A stretch of DNA of 64,000 nt from the NCBI GenBank assembly GCA_010909165.1, contig VJWM01000107.1, positions 434,001 to 498,000 of the forward strand, read 5' to 3'. Position 1 is the stretch's first letter, and each line of letters opens with the position of its first letter. This stretch comes from Anthoceros angustus. Taxonomy: Eukaryota; Plantae; Anthocerotophyta. The position numbers and the translations under genes were made by a program. Under the pieces are notes generated by a model. It saw only the letters and a program-made list of their open reading frames with translations, was not told where the DNA came from and did not search any database. This document shows, piece after piece, positions 1 through 11,327 of the stretch.

Positions 1-2
1 TG

Positions 3-1203
3 GGGCTGGCTTACAGTCAGGTAGTGTCGGATGCAACAGCGTTCTGGAACTTCGTGCGGGCCTGGTCTGAGATATGCCGGAAACAGGGGCTGTCTGCGCT
101 GCCCAAGCACAGGCGGTATCTGCTCAAGGTTACCGACCTCAGCACCGAGATAGACTCGGCTGAATTCCATCCCACCCTGTACACCTTCGCTGACCCCTGG
201 AAAGCCAAGATGAAGAGGAATGGCAGGACTGGTGCCGTGAGGGACTACCCACCTTCGTCCCCGCTGTTGCTTCAGGAGCGGCAAGTGCATCGTATGTTCG
301 TCTTCTCAGCTGACACCATCCAGAAGCTGAAGGACCTTGCCAAGTCCTCCAAGTCCGGCTCCGAGGCTGGGGCTGGGGCTGGGGCTAACAAGTTGAAGCG
401 GCCTGAATCTGAGGCCTTCAGGAACGCTACGGCTACCAGGGGACAATTCACATCCTTAGAGGTAGGTTTACCAAAACTGCCTCGTAACCACTTCTCGCTC
501 CCATCCTGTCAAACTTGCACCTACTGGATTGCTCAAATTTGCGTCTGACAATGTAGGTGTTAGGAGCACACCTTTGGCGGTGCACCACCAGGGCTCGCAA
601 TCCCCATAGGCATTCAGAAACCAAGTTCGTGATTGAGTCAGACTGCAGAAGAAGGCTTCCTTTTTTGCCAGATTCCTATTTCGGGAATGCGGTTTGCTGC
701 ACAGCAGCTGTGACCACGGTCAAGGAGCTGGTGGAGAGCCCTCTGTACTTCTCTGCCAAGCTGATCCACAAGGTGAGTGGCTGGCACCGAGCAGTGAACT
801 CCGTAGAGCCTTCTTCTCAAGACCTAACTGTCATGGTCATTGACAGTTCAGTGTTCCGTTTATGGTGCAGGCCAGGAGAAAGTCTGTCTCGGAGCAGTAT
901 ATCCGCGTACTAGTTCACTACTCGGAGCAGCATGGCAACCTGCGACCAGTGGATTTGGATCCAACCAGACAGTGTCTCACAACAGCCATCCAGAACTCGT
1001 CAAAGCATCCCATCTACGAATGTGATTTCGGGTGGGGTAGGCCGTTCAGGGTTAGATCCGGCAACATGGATGAGCAGGGTGCGTATGCCATATTTCCTGG
1101 GAACCCGAAGCTCCCAAAAGGCAGCGTGGAGGTGGCCATAGTGCTCCCGGCAGGAGACATGGCCCGCCTGGAGCAGGATCCCTCCTTCCTGCTCCAACCT
1201 TGA
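3..1203 (+). CDS. BAHD acyltransferase family protein (5' part outside window); exons about <3-461, 557-772, 871-1203
   Basis: C-terminal YECDFGWGRP (DFGWG motif), YFGNAV and FTSLEVLGAHLWR segments, and DATAFWNF after the HXXXD position. GT-AG introns at 462-556 and 773-870 keep the frame. Confidence 0.9.
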
Positions 1204-1808
1204 CGTAATTGGTTCCTGTACCATAACCTGCTGGCCAGACCACGCTTGTGGTGCTGGATCCAGCCAAGCTTGTACTCCCAACCAAGTTTTGGGCCCACCC
1301 ATCGACGGCTTGCTGTACATTGCGCTGAGGTATCAAGGGCTTGTTTTTCCAAGCACCAACTGTCAGCTCATGCGAAAAGCAAATTCACCGACGGAAAGGA
1401 TGTAAAAGTAGAATCTACACTAGTCTAATGTATCGGAATCCAAAGGTGGTGGGTTAGTGGTGGGTAGTAGTCTCATGTTAGATGGACAGAGACCAATCTG
1501 CTGTGCCAGAATACTTAGGAAGCTGATAGGGCATCTGAGGTTTTTACAGATCAAATGTCAGCAGGAGTCCAGTTGAGACAGCTGCAGCCTCGAGATTAGT
1601 TGGGTCAATCGGAGAAGCAGCCGCAAGTGAGTGAGATGCACGAAGGTCACCCTGGCAGTGTCGGGTGCCATTTGAGAGCAAGGCCCCTCAAGAAGCCGGG
1701 CAGAGCGCATTGCGTGATCATGTGGAGCACATTTGTGAAGGGCGGCACCAAAGGCATCAACAAGTTAGAAAGCGAGAGATTAAACAGGCGCAATTGTGTG
1801 CGACAACG

Positions 1809-2350
1809 ATGGCGCAGAGATTCGAAGGCGACTGGCACTGATCCTCACTTGGCTGCTGCTTTCAGCTGTTCGCCACCTTCGCCTCGGCCTGTACCTCGGC
1901 TCAACTCAACTCAACTCAACTCAGTGGCTCGACCCGGTTGCTTTCCTCTATCTCCACTCTGGGTCGCCCCAATGCTAACCTAGCTCCTGTCATCTTGAGA
2001 ACTTGCTCGCCTCTATCTCCACTCTGGGTCGCCCCAACAGCAACCGTGTCAAGGAACCAGTCTGCCCTCAGTCTCTCAAGCACATATGTGGGTGTTGAAC
2101 ATGTCTGGGCGGGAACAAATTTAAATTTGTGGGCACCATAAATCTTGCTGCTTTACACAGCTTTACTTCCTTGAGGGTGGACCTCCGGATAGGAGGATTG
2201 AACATGTTTAGTGACCGCTCTCTTCGACAGGTTGGAGACCGAGATTCCCGATTATCTGGCTGCTCCGAAGGACCTCCAAGCGCTATTCACGTGAGCTATT
2301 ATGGTATCTGATGGCATCCCACAATCCTTCCGCTCCCCGCTCCCTTGTAA
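1809..2350 (+). pseudogene. Deleted, degenerate copy of the secreted LRR gene at 7374-8540
   Basis: 1809-1897 matches the signal-peptide region of 7374-7470 and about 2095-2350 matches about 8195-8470 with frameshifts. The middle is replaced by filler containing (CTCAA)4 and a direct repeat of about 28 bp. Confidence 0.8.
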
Positions 2351-3139
2351 GTTTGGTGGACTTCCAACAAAGCCGAGAGAGATGTGGAAGATGCATGTCA
2401 CATCTAAAGAGCTGAAGTGCCCAATAACACCTAAGACATATCACATGTGATAGATCCGATTTATTTAACGGTTAAATATATCATAAATAAAATTAATATA
2501 TCCTATTAAATAAATAAATATTTTCTAGCAGTATCTACTATATTTTTTATTTAAATATCTATAAAATACATATGTACAAAGGTAATATGTTTGTGTAGAG
2601 TATCTTAAGATTCCAAAAGAACAAGTAACTAGATGAAATTGGACATTGACTCCACCCTAATGATCACTTAGTTAGGTCGGTCACTTCATCCCTCGAAATC
2701 GAAAACTTAAATCATAAATCTTAAAAGCAAGAAACATGATGAAATCGAATATCAATAAATCCAATTATAATAAACTAACTCTTACTTCTAGAAATCCAAT
2801 CGTAACATTCTAACTATCACTTCTAGAACTTCAGTTGTAACATTACAACTATCACTTATTTATAGTCCAATTGTAATAGGTCACCACAACAATGCATAGA
2901 TTCTTCCATGTTCTGGGTAATGACATTATAGGGTGTCTTAGGTGACTTAAGATTTACGTACAGCATAATTCCTTGATCTTAGTGTGAGTAGGTATATTGG
3001 CACCCCGTCAATGTGTTGATACACCAATGATATACCAACGCATTCATATTGTCCCTCGATAAAGACTTTGGATGCCTACTTCTATACATGCAGCACTCAT
3101 ACCTCATTGTGTGGATGGTCGTTAGATATTTGAGATGCG

Positions 3140-3338
3140 TCAGACTTTTGTATGGGGTATATATTGTATGAAATTCTACCAAGCCCAAGCCCACCATACG
3201 GAGAGGTAGAGTTGCAAAAAGTGTTGTCGCTGTTCCAGGTCAGACTTTTGTATGGGGTATATATTGTATGAAATTCTACCAAGCCCAAGCCCACCATACG
3301 GAGAGGTAGAGTTGCAAAAAGTGTTGTCGCTGTTCCAG
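3140..3338. repeat. 100-bp tandem duplication (2 copies)
   Basis: tcagacttttgtatgggg...ctgttccag at 3140 and 3240, essentially identical. Confidence 0.9.
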
Positions 3339-3838
3339 CTTGCAATCAGATATGATTTGACCGAGATTGCACATGTTGTGATAAAGAAAAGAATTGGAAT
3401 AAACTATATTGGACTGTCAATCCTATGTTGCAACAACTTCTTCTTTGTAACAAATTTCAAAATCTGAAGCAAGTTGATCTTTCTCAAGTTATTGAAATAA
3501 TTTACAAGTGTATTATAAGATACTTTTAGCAGTCAAGATAGTGATCGAAGATAAGATAGTGCTTTAAGGGTGCATATTCACGCTGGATTTTAGGTTATTG
3601 AATAATATAGTTTTTAGTGCACGCTCTTCACACTTGTGGTTGAGTATTTGGTGTAGTTTTTATTAGATATCAATATTTTATAATGTGTCTTTGTAGCTTC
3701 TGATTTTCTCTAGTATTAATACTTGATAGTTTCATAGAAATAACTTCATGAACTCTTCACATAGTTGCCATTGCTATTTGTGTGTTATATTGGCTTGCAT
3801 AACCTCATGAAGAAAGTTCTAACTTTTTAATGATAAAT

Positions 3839-4288
3839 TCACTCTTCAAGTGGCCCGTTGAATGAAAATCTTAAATAACAATCAATTGCACTATATTCAG
3901 CTTCACTTGCTCGGGGACAAAGTTGGTCGAGGATGTTTTTCAAAGTTTGAAGACATACTAGACAATTTGCACTATCATCTATTCTGCATGCATTTACATT
4001 GTTATAACAATTGACACTCCCCCAAAAAAAGGCAGGCAAAGGAGGTGGATAGTTCTCATAATAATATGGCATTCCTGTAGGGTAGTTGCTAAATGCTTTG
4101 TGTATCATGCCAGCCAATTCGGTATCTTTTATTGCCATTCTTGGATCGCCAACTGCAAAGTCTGGACCGCAATAGTGGTGAAGTTCCTCAGTATTTGGTG
4201 TAACTATAATCACTGCTTCTGATAATGAGGATAAAAATATAACCAAAATTAATATATAACTAAGTTGGGATGTTTTAGGCAATGCCAT
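3839..4288 (-). CDS. Secreted single-domain DUF26/Gnk2-like (ginkbilobin-2/salt-stress antifungal) cysteine-rich protein
   Basis: Hydrophobic signal peptide. The segment FWGSVNC...CLVCLQTLKNILDQLCP..AEYSAIDCYLRFS resembles the Gnk2 C-terminal pattern. Intronless 149-aa ORF. Confidence 0.75.
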   Translation of the reverse strand: MALPKTSQLSYILILVIFLSSLSEAVIIVTPNTEELHHYCGPDFAVGDPRMAIKDTELAGMIHKAFSNYPTGMPYYYENYPPPLPAFFWGSVNCYNNVNACRIDDSANCLVCLQTLKNILDQLCPRASEAEYSAIDCYLRFSFNGPLEE

Positions 4289-5049
4289 ATTTTATAAACA
4301 CTTATTCATAGAAATCATGAATCTCTTCGATATACATATGTATACTCTTCTTGGACATCTCCACCAGTTCAACAAACTTATTTATTTATCATATATCACA
4401 CAAGAAAGCCGGAACCGATTAGAGCTAGCCCCGTTCTTAGGCCTTTACCCGGTCCTTAAATAATGTGCCTATTCTCTCAACTTAGGATTACAAGTAGCCT
4501 GTTTTTAATTATTTTTACTTGGATGAAATTTTGCATCGGAAAAGAAAGCATGGACATGCTTGTGTCACGGCTATGGCGGTTTGTGGGATTGGGGATGGCA
4601 GCCGAGGCAGCAGCAGTAAGGTTGTGCGAAGTGTCACCCCTCCGACCCAAGATGGTTCCCGATGTTGGTCGCTGGCCGGGGAAACGCGGATTACGGGGCC
4701 GAAGATGCCCACTCGGTGACGGAATGGCTGGCGAACGTTCGGGGAAAAGAGGAAATAGATGAGCGCCAAATGCCTTCAGTATGGCCGATGTCGCAAGCAG
4801 CTCTTTCATAGGTGTCCGTTTCTGCTCTGCTGTGCCAGGGGAGTGACGCATTGCTAGGCCCGGCAACTGCAGAATGACGGTAGCTATGCGGATGTGCAAC
4901 TGGAAAGCAGGTGCGTGGTGGCAACGGAACCGGCACCCGCGCTGTGTGGTACCTTCCACTTGCTGATGAGGGGCGTAGTCCCCTCCGCAAGGTTCTGTTC
5001 TGCCGCAAGCCTGATATCCCTCTGGAGGCGGTGGAACGTGAACGACACG

Positions 5050-6190
5050 ATGCAATACTTCATACAGGCAACTTGTCATATGATCTCATGTTCCTTATCT
5101 CCGCTTGAGCAGGCACGGGAAGCTGTTCCCTCACAAACTCGGCAGTGAGGCTGTCCCTTGGCACTACCAACCTGTAGATCAAATAGAAAGGTTTCCTGAG
5201 CATTGTCTGATCCAAGGACTGTCTAAGACAGACGAAAGAAATAATACACAAACACCCAGTTCATCATCGCCAGTGCAAGTGCATTTTACCTACAATTGGC
5301 ATCTGCCATCATGTGCCGCTCCCAAGGAAGGTAGATAACAGTTCCACTGGTTACAAAAGTTTCTGGAAATGTAACAGTTTCCACTGCACCCAAGAGCAAC
5401 ATTGACACGGCCTAAGACAACAAAAATCGACAGCAAAAGTTATAGAACTCACGTTTTGCAGTTCGTATGAAAGCAAAGCCTTGCGCGTCTCATGCCTTTG
5501 TTGGCTTGCCAAAAGCCAAGCCAGAGCCAACGGGAAGGCGTCTCTAACTGCAATGAGGACTTCATCTGAGTTCTTGTCCATCCAATCCACAACTATGCGC
5601 CACTTACCAGATACCACACAGAACAACTGCTTTCAGGGAGAAAACATCTCAAGGACAGAACAAGACAAAAAAAGCAGCTCCCCTGTTCTTGACCTGAAAT
5701 GATCCTGTTGGGTAATACCTGCTGCAAAGTGAGTGAGAACAGCCCTGCTCGCAAGTCACCTATCAGGTGCAGAACATCTTGGTAGATAAAGCCTCCGCTG
5801 GGCATCTTCTTGCATGGCCGGAGAGTGCTGAAGCCACAGTGAACATAAAATTTTCCCATACCAACCAATGGGAGGGCCTCAATCTCCAGTACCACTCCTT
5901 GCGAACCAGCCAGTGCCTGCAAACAAGGTTGAAGGCAAGCTGAAAATAAGGCTATAATACAAATGAACATCACTAAAATAATTCCCTGGCAAGATTCTTT
6001 TAATGTCCTCTCTTTGCCACGCCCAACTGCCACTGCCACTGCATCTGCATATTGCACTTGAGTCACTACCGTCTTCTACATATCCCCATTGTGCAGCTTT
6101 CATGTGTCCTTGTGGCATTGCGTTTCCATCCCAATGCCTAAAGCCTGACAAACTCCCCGCCAAGGACAGTGATGCGGAGTGGTAACAGAC
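5050..6190 (-). pseudogene. Truncated copy of the LpxB-related (TIGR03492-like) gene
   Basis: Remnants LPLVGMG..PSGGFIY, IAV.DAFPLALAW and LVVPRDSLTAEF. The SNGHGED exon segment and the equivalents of exons 6-9 are deleted relative to 11328-13813. Confidence 0.85.
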
Positions 6191-6325
6191 GATGGACTGC
6201 ATCGATCATCATCATCCAGCTGATGCAAGCTACTAGCAGCTCTCATTGGGCCGACAGTCATCCAACTTGGTGTACGTTGCTTTATCACTTCTCATTCTGG
6301 TACCTTTATCACTCAAGATTGAACC
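6191..6325 (-). pseudogene. Duplicated 3' end of the SWSAP1-like gene, partly inverted
   Basis: 6256-6325 is collinear with about 13888-13960. 6191-6247 is the reverse complement of about 13826-13878. Confidence 0.75.
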
Positions 6326-6785
6326 CTCTATTCTTGTCTGCCAAGCTGATCCCCAAGGGGAAAGGCTGGCACCGAGCATGAACTCTATCCTTCTTCCCAA
6401 TACCTGTTTTCATCATTGACTGAGTTCTGATCCGTTTATGATGCAGGTCAGGAGAGAGTCTGTCTCAGAGCAGTACATCCGGATACTACTTCACTACTCG
6501 GAGCAGCATTGCAACCTAGCGCCAGTACTAGTGGATTTAGATTCCGCCAGGCGGGGTCTCACAACAGCCATCCAGAACCCATCAAAGCATCCCATCTACG
6601 AGTGTGATTTCGGGTGGGGTAGGCCGTTCAGGGTTAAACCCGGCAACATAGATGAGCAGGGAGCACATGCCTTATTCCCTGGGAACCCGAAGCTCCTCAA
6701 GGGCAGCGTGGAGATGGCCATTGTGCTCCCGGCAGGAGACATGGCCCACCTCGAGCAGCATCCCTCCGTCCTGCTCCATCCTTGA
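6326..6785 (+). pseudogene. 5'-truncated BAHD duplicate (end of exon 2, intron, last exon)
   Basis: Matches about 740-1203. The last exon is still an open frame with YECDFGWGRP, but the upstream exons are absent. Confidence 0.85.
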
Positions 6786-7258
6786 CTTCATTGGTTCATG
6801 TACCATAACCTGCTGGCCACCACTCTTGTGGTGCTGGATCCAGCCGAGGTTCTACTCCCAAGATTTGGACCCATCTGGACCCATGTTTTCCGCCGCGCTG
6901 TCCTCTCCCATACTATACATAGCATACCCAGGAAGCTGCAGAGCTTGACATTTGCGAACAGTTCATGCCAAAGGAAGCAACGTCGGAAAGGACGTCAAAT
7001 GTAAGAGTGTTTTGGAATCCAAAAGTGGTGGGTTTTCGTAGTCTCATGTTAGATGCATTCTGCTGTGCAAGAGGACGAATTGCCGCTAAAGTGGTGTTGA
7101 GAAGTTCATGACGCTGGTAATGCAGCTAAGGTTTTCCCAACTCACATGTCAGCAGATAGATTCCAGTTCAGACAGCTGCAGCCCCCGGGTGACTTGGGTC
7201 AATCGCAGAAGCCAGCCGCAAATGGGTGAGATGCGCAGAAAGGTCTCCCTGGCTGTGG

Positions 7259-7268
7259 GGTATTTAAG
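7259..7268 (+). promoter_or_regulatory. Candidate TATA box (TATTTAAG) of the LRR gene
   Basis: About 110 bp upstream of the ATG at 7374. The homologous site upstream of the pseudogene copy reads CATTTGAG (about 1669). Confidence 0.35.
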
Positions 7269-7373
7269 AGCAAGGCCCACAAGGATGAAGCCGGATAGAG
7301 CAACGACTGGCAGGGCAGCAACAATCGAGAAAGCAAGAGCCTACAAAGGCTCTGCCATTTGTGCGCGACAACG

Positions 7374-8540
7374 ATGGCGCAAGCGATAGCAGGGATTCGA
7401 AGGCGACAGGCACTGGCCATCACTTGGCTGCTGCTGCAGCTATTTGTCACACTCACCTCCGCCTGCACCTCGGGCGACCGGGCCGCATTGCTGGCCTTCA
7501 AGGCGGGCACCAACCGGGAGAAGGACTTCACCGGCATCCTCGACTCGTGGGTGGAAGGCGGCAACTGCTGCAAATTCTACGGCGTGGGCTGCAACTCGCA
7601 GGGCCGGGTGGTGAGTCTCACCATCGTGGTCCCCCCGATCGGGTCCGAGTGCGACGGCGAGGACGTGCTGTGCCCCAACCTGCAGCGCGCGGACGGCGTG
7701 ACCAACCTGGTGGGCACCACCCTCGCCAAGCTCCCCGCGCTGGAGGTGCTCCACCTCGGGAACGTGGACTTCCTGGAGGACGCCACGCCCACCGGCCTGA
7801 GCAAGCTCAAGAAGCTCAGAATCCTGCGCCTGGAGGACGGCAGGCTCGCGGGCCCGGTGGCCGATGACTTCGGCAGGATCACATCCCTCACATCCCTCAG
7901 CCTCCGGGGGAACCCCTCCATCGTCGGCCCGCTGCCCGCCTCCCTTTGCCAGCTCGCCCACCTGGAGACCCTCGATCTGTCCGGGTACCCCACTTTCTTC
8001 GGCTTCCTCAACGGCTCCCTCCCGGCCTGCATCGGCCACCTCCGCCACCTGCAGCACCTCCGTGTGCCGTACAACCACCTCACCGGCCGGCTGCCCGCCT
8101 CGCTCTCCGGACTCCGCAAGCTGAAGGAGCTGAATGTGAGCGGGAACGAGTTCCGCGGTCCCCTGCCCGTGCTGCCCATTCCCAGCCTGCGGGTGCTCAA
8201 CCTGGACGGGAACAATTTTGTGGGCACCATTCCGCCGCTCTACGGCAGCCTCACCTCCCTGGTGGACTTGCGGCTGGGAGGATTGAACGTGCCTGGCGAG
8301 GTGACGGGCCTGACCAGCCAGCTGCGGGGCCAGATTCCCAAGCAATTGGGTAACCTGAAGAAGATCCAGGTGCTCCGCATCCGGGCCACCAAAATCCACG
8401 GCGTCATCCCACCGTCCTTCAGCAGCCTCTTTAATCTGGTGGACCTGGAGCTGGATCACAACCGGCTCACGGCCCCCGTCCCCGACTTCACCAAGCTCCC
8501 CAATCTCGACACGCTCGACCTTCTAGGCAATCTGTTTTGA
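7374..8540 (+). CDS. Secreted leucine-rich repeat protein (PGIP-like, LRRNT plus about 10 LRRs, no TM or kinase domain)
   Basis: Signal peptide, CTSGDRAALLAFK...W...CC.FYGVGC LRRNT cap and repeated LxxLxLxxNxLxGxIP units. Intronless and GC-rich. Confidence 0.92.
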   Translation: MAQAIAGIRRRQALAITWLLLQLFVTLTSACTSGDRAALLAFKAGTNREKDFTGILDSWVEGGNCCKFYGVGCNSQGRVVSLTIVVPPIGSECDGEDVLCPNLQRADGVTNLVGTTLAKLPALEVLHLGNVDFLEDATPTGLSKLKKLRILRLEDGRLAGPVADDFGRITSLTSLSLRGNPSIVGPLPASLCQLAHLETLDLSGYPTFFGFLNGSLPACIGHLRHLQHLRVPYNHLTGRLPASLSGLRKLKELNVSGNEFRGPLPVLPIPSLRVLNLDGNNFVGTIPPLYGSLTSLVDLRLGGLNVPGEVTGLTSQLRGQIPKQLGNLKKIQVLRIRATKIHGVIPPSFSSLFNLVDLELDHNRLTAPVPDFTKLPNLDTLDLLGNLF

Positions 8541-8840
8541 GGTGTATCACAGTCGAATGGCGATGAAGTAGCGAATGTTAAACAGAGCTCTGTTATTATC
8601 TAGGAACTAATGTATTTTTTTTAAGAGCTACAAACATCTCTAATTATTTTATGGTTCATCCAAGACAAAATAGGTAATGCACTTGAAAAAGGAGGATTCA
8701 GTTTAAAGAACTGAAATGCATTGGAATCTTTCTAGCTCCTAACATCATTTTTTCTACCGCGAACTTGCTCGCTTCTATTTTCATTATGGGTCACCACAAG
8801 GAGGTGATTATGTTAGAGAACAAGCTGGCCCCCCTCTAGT

Positions 8841-8988
8841 CTGTAGGCGCTGAACAAGTCCGGGCGGGAACGTTTTTAAATCTATGGGCACTATTGATCC
8901 TATAGGCAATCTCCTCTGTAGGCGCTGAACAAGTCCGGGCGGGAACGTTTTTAAATCTATGGGCACTATTGATCCTATAGGAAATCTC
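8841..8988. repeat. 75-bp tandem duplication
   Basis: ctgtaggcgctgaacaagtccgggcggg...cctatagg at 8841 and 8916. Confidence 0.9.
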
Positions 8989-10009
8989 ACATCCGCATTA
9001 GGTGGATCTACAAGTACTAGGACGTGCTTGGTCACTTTCACAAATTGGAGAATGAGATTGTCAATTATGTGGAAGCTCTCCAGGAGGTCCATGTTCCCTC
9101 TATTCAAACTACCAAGGTCTATGATAACATCCCACATCCTGTAGTTCCCTCCTACATATAGAGGAGAGTATTAAAGACCTTGCATGATACAACAAGAAAA
9201 CAAACAACCAAGGTGAGAGAGATGTGGAATTATAATGTTACATATGAGATCTAAATAGCTGAAATGTCCAATAGCACCTATGTCATATGACATGTCAACA
9301 CAAGTAATATGATCCTATTTAGTATATGGTCAGATGCAGTATTGGATAAATCATGAATAAGCTGATATGTGTTTTTTTATAATTGACGAATATATTTTTT
9401 ATTTTTTATCAATATCTACTATCATTTTGTACCTAAATATCAATAGTATATATTTAAATATATATGTACAAAGTCAACAAGCATGAATAAAATATCTTAA
9501 GATTCCAAAAGACCTGAACACGAACATGAGCTTCATGATGATGAAATGAATTTTCGATAATAGTCACTTGGTTGGGTTTACTGTCACTTCTTGAAACCTA
9601 ATTGTAATATTCCTCGGTCACCTCAACAATATGTAGGGCCTCCCATCTTCAAAACTATGACATTGTAGGGTGACTTGATACCTAACATACCTCCTTGATC
9701 TCAATTTGACCCTTGGGATCTTCTCTAAGTTCTCATATGGTAGATCGTTTTATTCCATTTTTATGTATAAAAAATATTTCTCTCTATTTTGATATTTTCT
9801 CTAGCACCTTAGAAAACTACATGAAATGCAAGTGGAATATTGCCTTGAACATAAGTCAATCTTATCGACAAGAAACATTGAGATATGTCAACAAAATAGA
9901 ATTAACATAATAGTTTCATAGAACGAACTTCATGAGCTCTTTAGCTATTGATGAGTTATATTGGGCTTGTATAACTCGTGAAGAAAGTTCTACCTTTTTT
10001 GAGATACAT

Positions 10010-10489
10010 TTATTCTTCAAGTGGTCCATTGAATGAAAATCTTAAATAACAATCAACTGCACTGTATTCGGCTTCACTTGCTCGTGGACAAATCTGGTCA
10101 AGACGTATTCTTAAAGTTTCGAGACATTGTTCACAAGCTATACTACTATCCATTGTGCATCCATTCCTATAACAGTTAATACTCCCCCAAAAATAGGTAG
10201 GCAAAGGAGATGGGTAGTTCTCATAATAATATGGCATTTCTTTAGGGAATCTGCTGAATCCTTTGTCTATCAATCCATATAATTCCGTAGCTTTTATCGA
10301 CATTCTTAAATCACCAGCTTCAAAGTCAGGACCACAATAATGACTACGTTCAGTAGTAATAGGTGCAAAGGTAAAACTTGCTTTACTTATTTTTGATAAT
10401 AAAGATAAAAATATAATAAAAGTTAACATATAACTAAATTGAAATATCCTAGACAATATCATATCTACAGAAAGAATAATACATACCAT
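10010..10489 (-). CDS. Secreted single-domain DUF26/Gnk2-like protein (paralog of 3839-4288)
   Basis: Signal peptide, HYCGPDF, FWGSINC...CEQCLETL...ICPRASEAEYSAVDCYLRFSFNGPLEE. Confidence 0.75.
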   Translation of the reverse strand: MVCIILSVDMILSRIFQFSYMLTFIIFLSLLSKISKASFTFAPITTERSHYCGPDFEAGDLRMSIKATELYGLIDKGFSRFPKEMPYYYENYPSPLPTYFWGSINCYRNGCTMDSSIACEQCLETLRIRLDQICPRASEAEYSAVDCYLRFSFNGPLEE

Positions 10490-11327
10490 AATAATTATAA
10501 GTCTCTTACATATATACTCTTCTCCAACATCATCAGTTCACCAAACTTATTTGTTCATCATGCGCCACGAAAGAAAGCCAGAACCGATCCGACCTAGGCT
10601 GATTTATGTCCTTTACCCGGTCCTTGAATGGTGTGCCTGGTAGGTTTATCGACATAGGATTACAAGTAGCCTACTTTTAATTATTTTGACTTGGATGCAT
10701 TTTTCATCGGAAAAGAGAGCACGAACTCGCGCATGCTTGTGTCAGGGCAATGGCGATGTGGAGGGCAATCGATTCCTGATTTGGAAGCGTCAGTAATGTG
10801 CGGGTACAGGAAAGCGGTGACGCCGATGGCGCCAGCAAGAGATCTGGGATGGCAGCTGGTGCAGCAGTGGTGAGCTTCTGCGAAGTATCACCGACCCGAC
10901 ATGGTTCCAGATGTAAGCCGCTGGCCAGGAAGATGCGTATAACAGGGCCGGGGAGGCGGATAGCGAGGACAGGAAGGCCGGCGAGTCTTCGGGATGAAAA
11001 AGGTAGTAGATGAGCAACCAATGTGGCCGGTGTCGGAAGCAGCCTCATTGGTTTCCGTTTCTGCTCTGCTGTGTCAGGGGAGTGACGCATTTGATAGGCC
11101 CGTCAGCTGCAGAATGACGGTCGCTGTGGCGGACGTGCAACTGGAAAGCAGGTGCGTTGGTGGCACCGGCACCGGTACCCGCGCTGCCTGATACATTAAC
11201 TCGACTTCGCCTTGCTGATGCGGGGCGTGGCCCCCTCTGCAAGAATTCTGTTCAACATCAAGCCGGACATTCCTCTGGAGGCGGTGGTAGAGAGCCTCCA
11301 GTCGACCTGAAGCGCCTGACGTCTCTT

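Larger units (their letters stand above)
738..6325. repeat. Left copy of tandem segmental duplication
   Basis: Collinear similarity to 6326-13960: BAHD 3' exon, LRR promoter and start, AT-rich spacer, Gnk2-like gene, GC-rich segment, LpxB-related exons, SWSAP1 3' end. Confidence 0.85.

Noticed and set aside
7361-8459. Long alternative-frame and antisense ORFs over the LRR gene (likewise 25297-27818 over the LecRK)
   Set aside because: Expected by-products of very high GC3 and stop-codon scarcity; no domain signatures.
9129-9160. USE-like ATCCCACATCC followed by TACATATA (possible snRNA or TR promoter)
   Set aside because: The spacing of about 13-17 bp is too short compared with about 24 bp in plant Pol III snRNA promoters, and no snRNA-like sequence follows.
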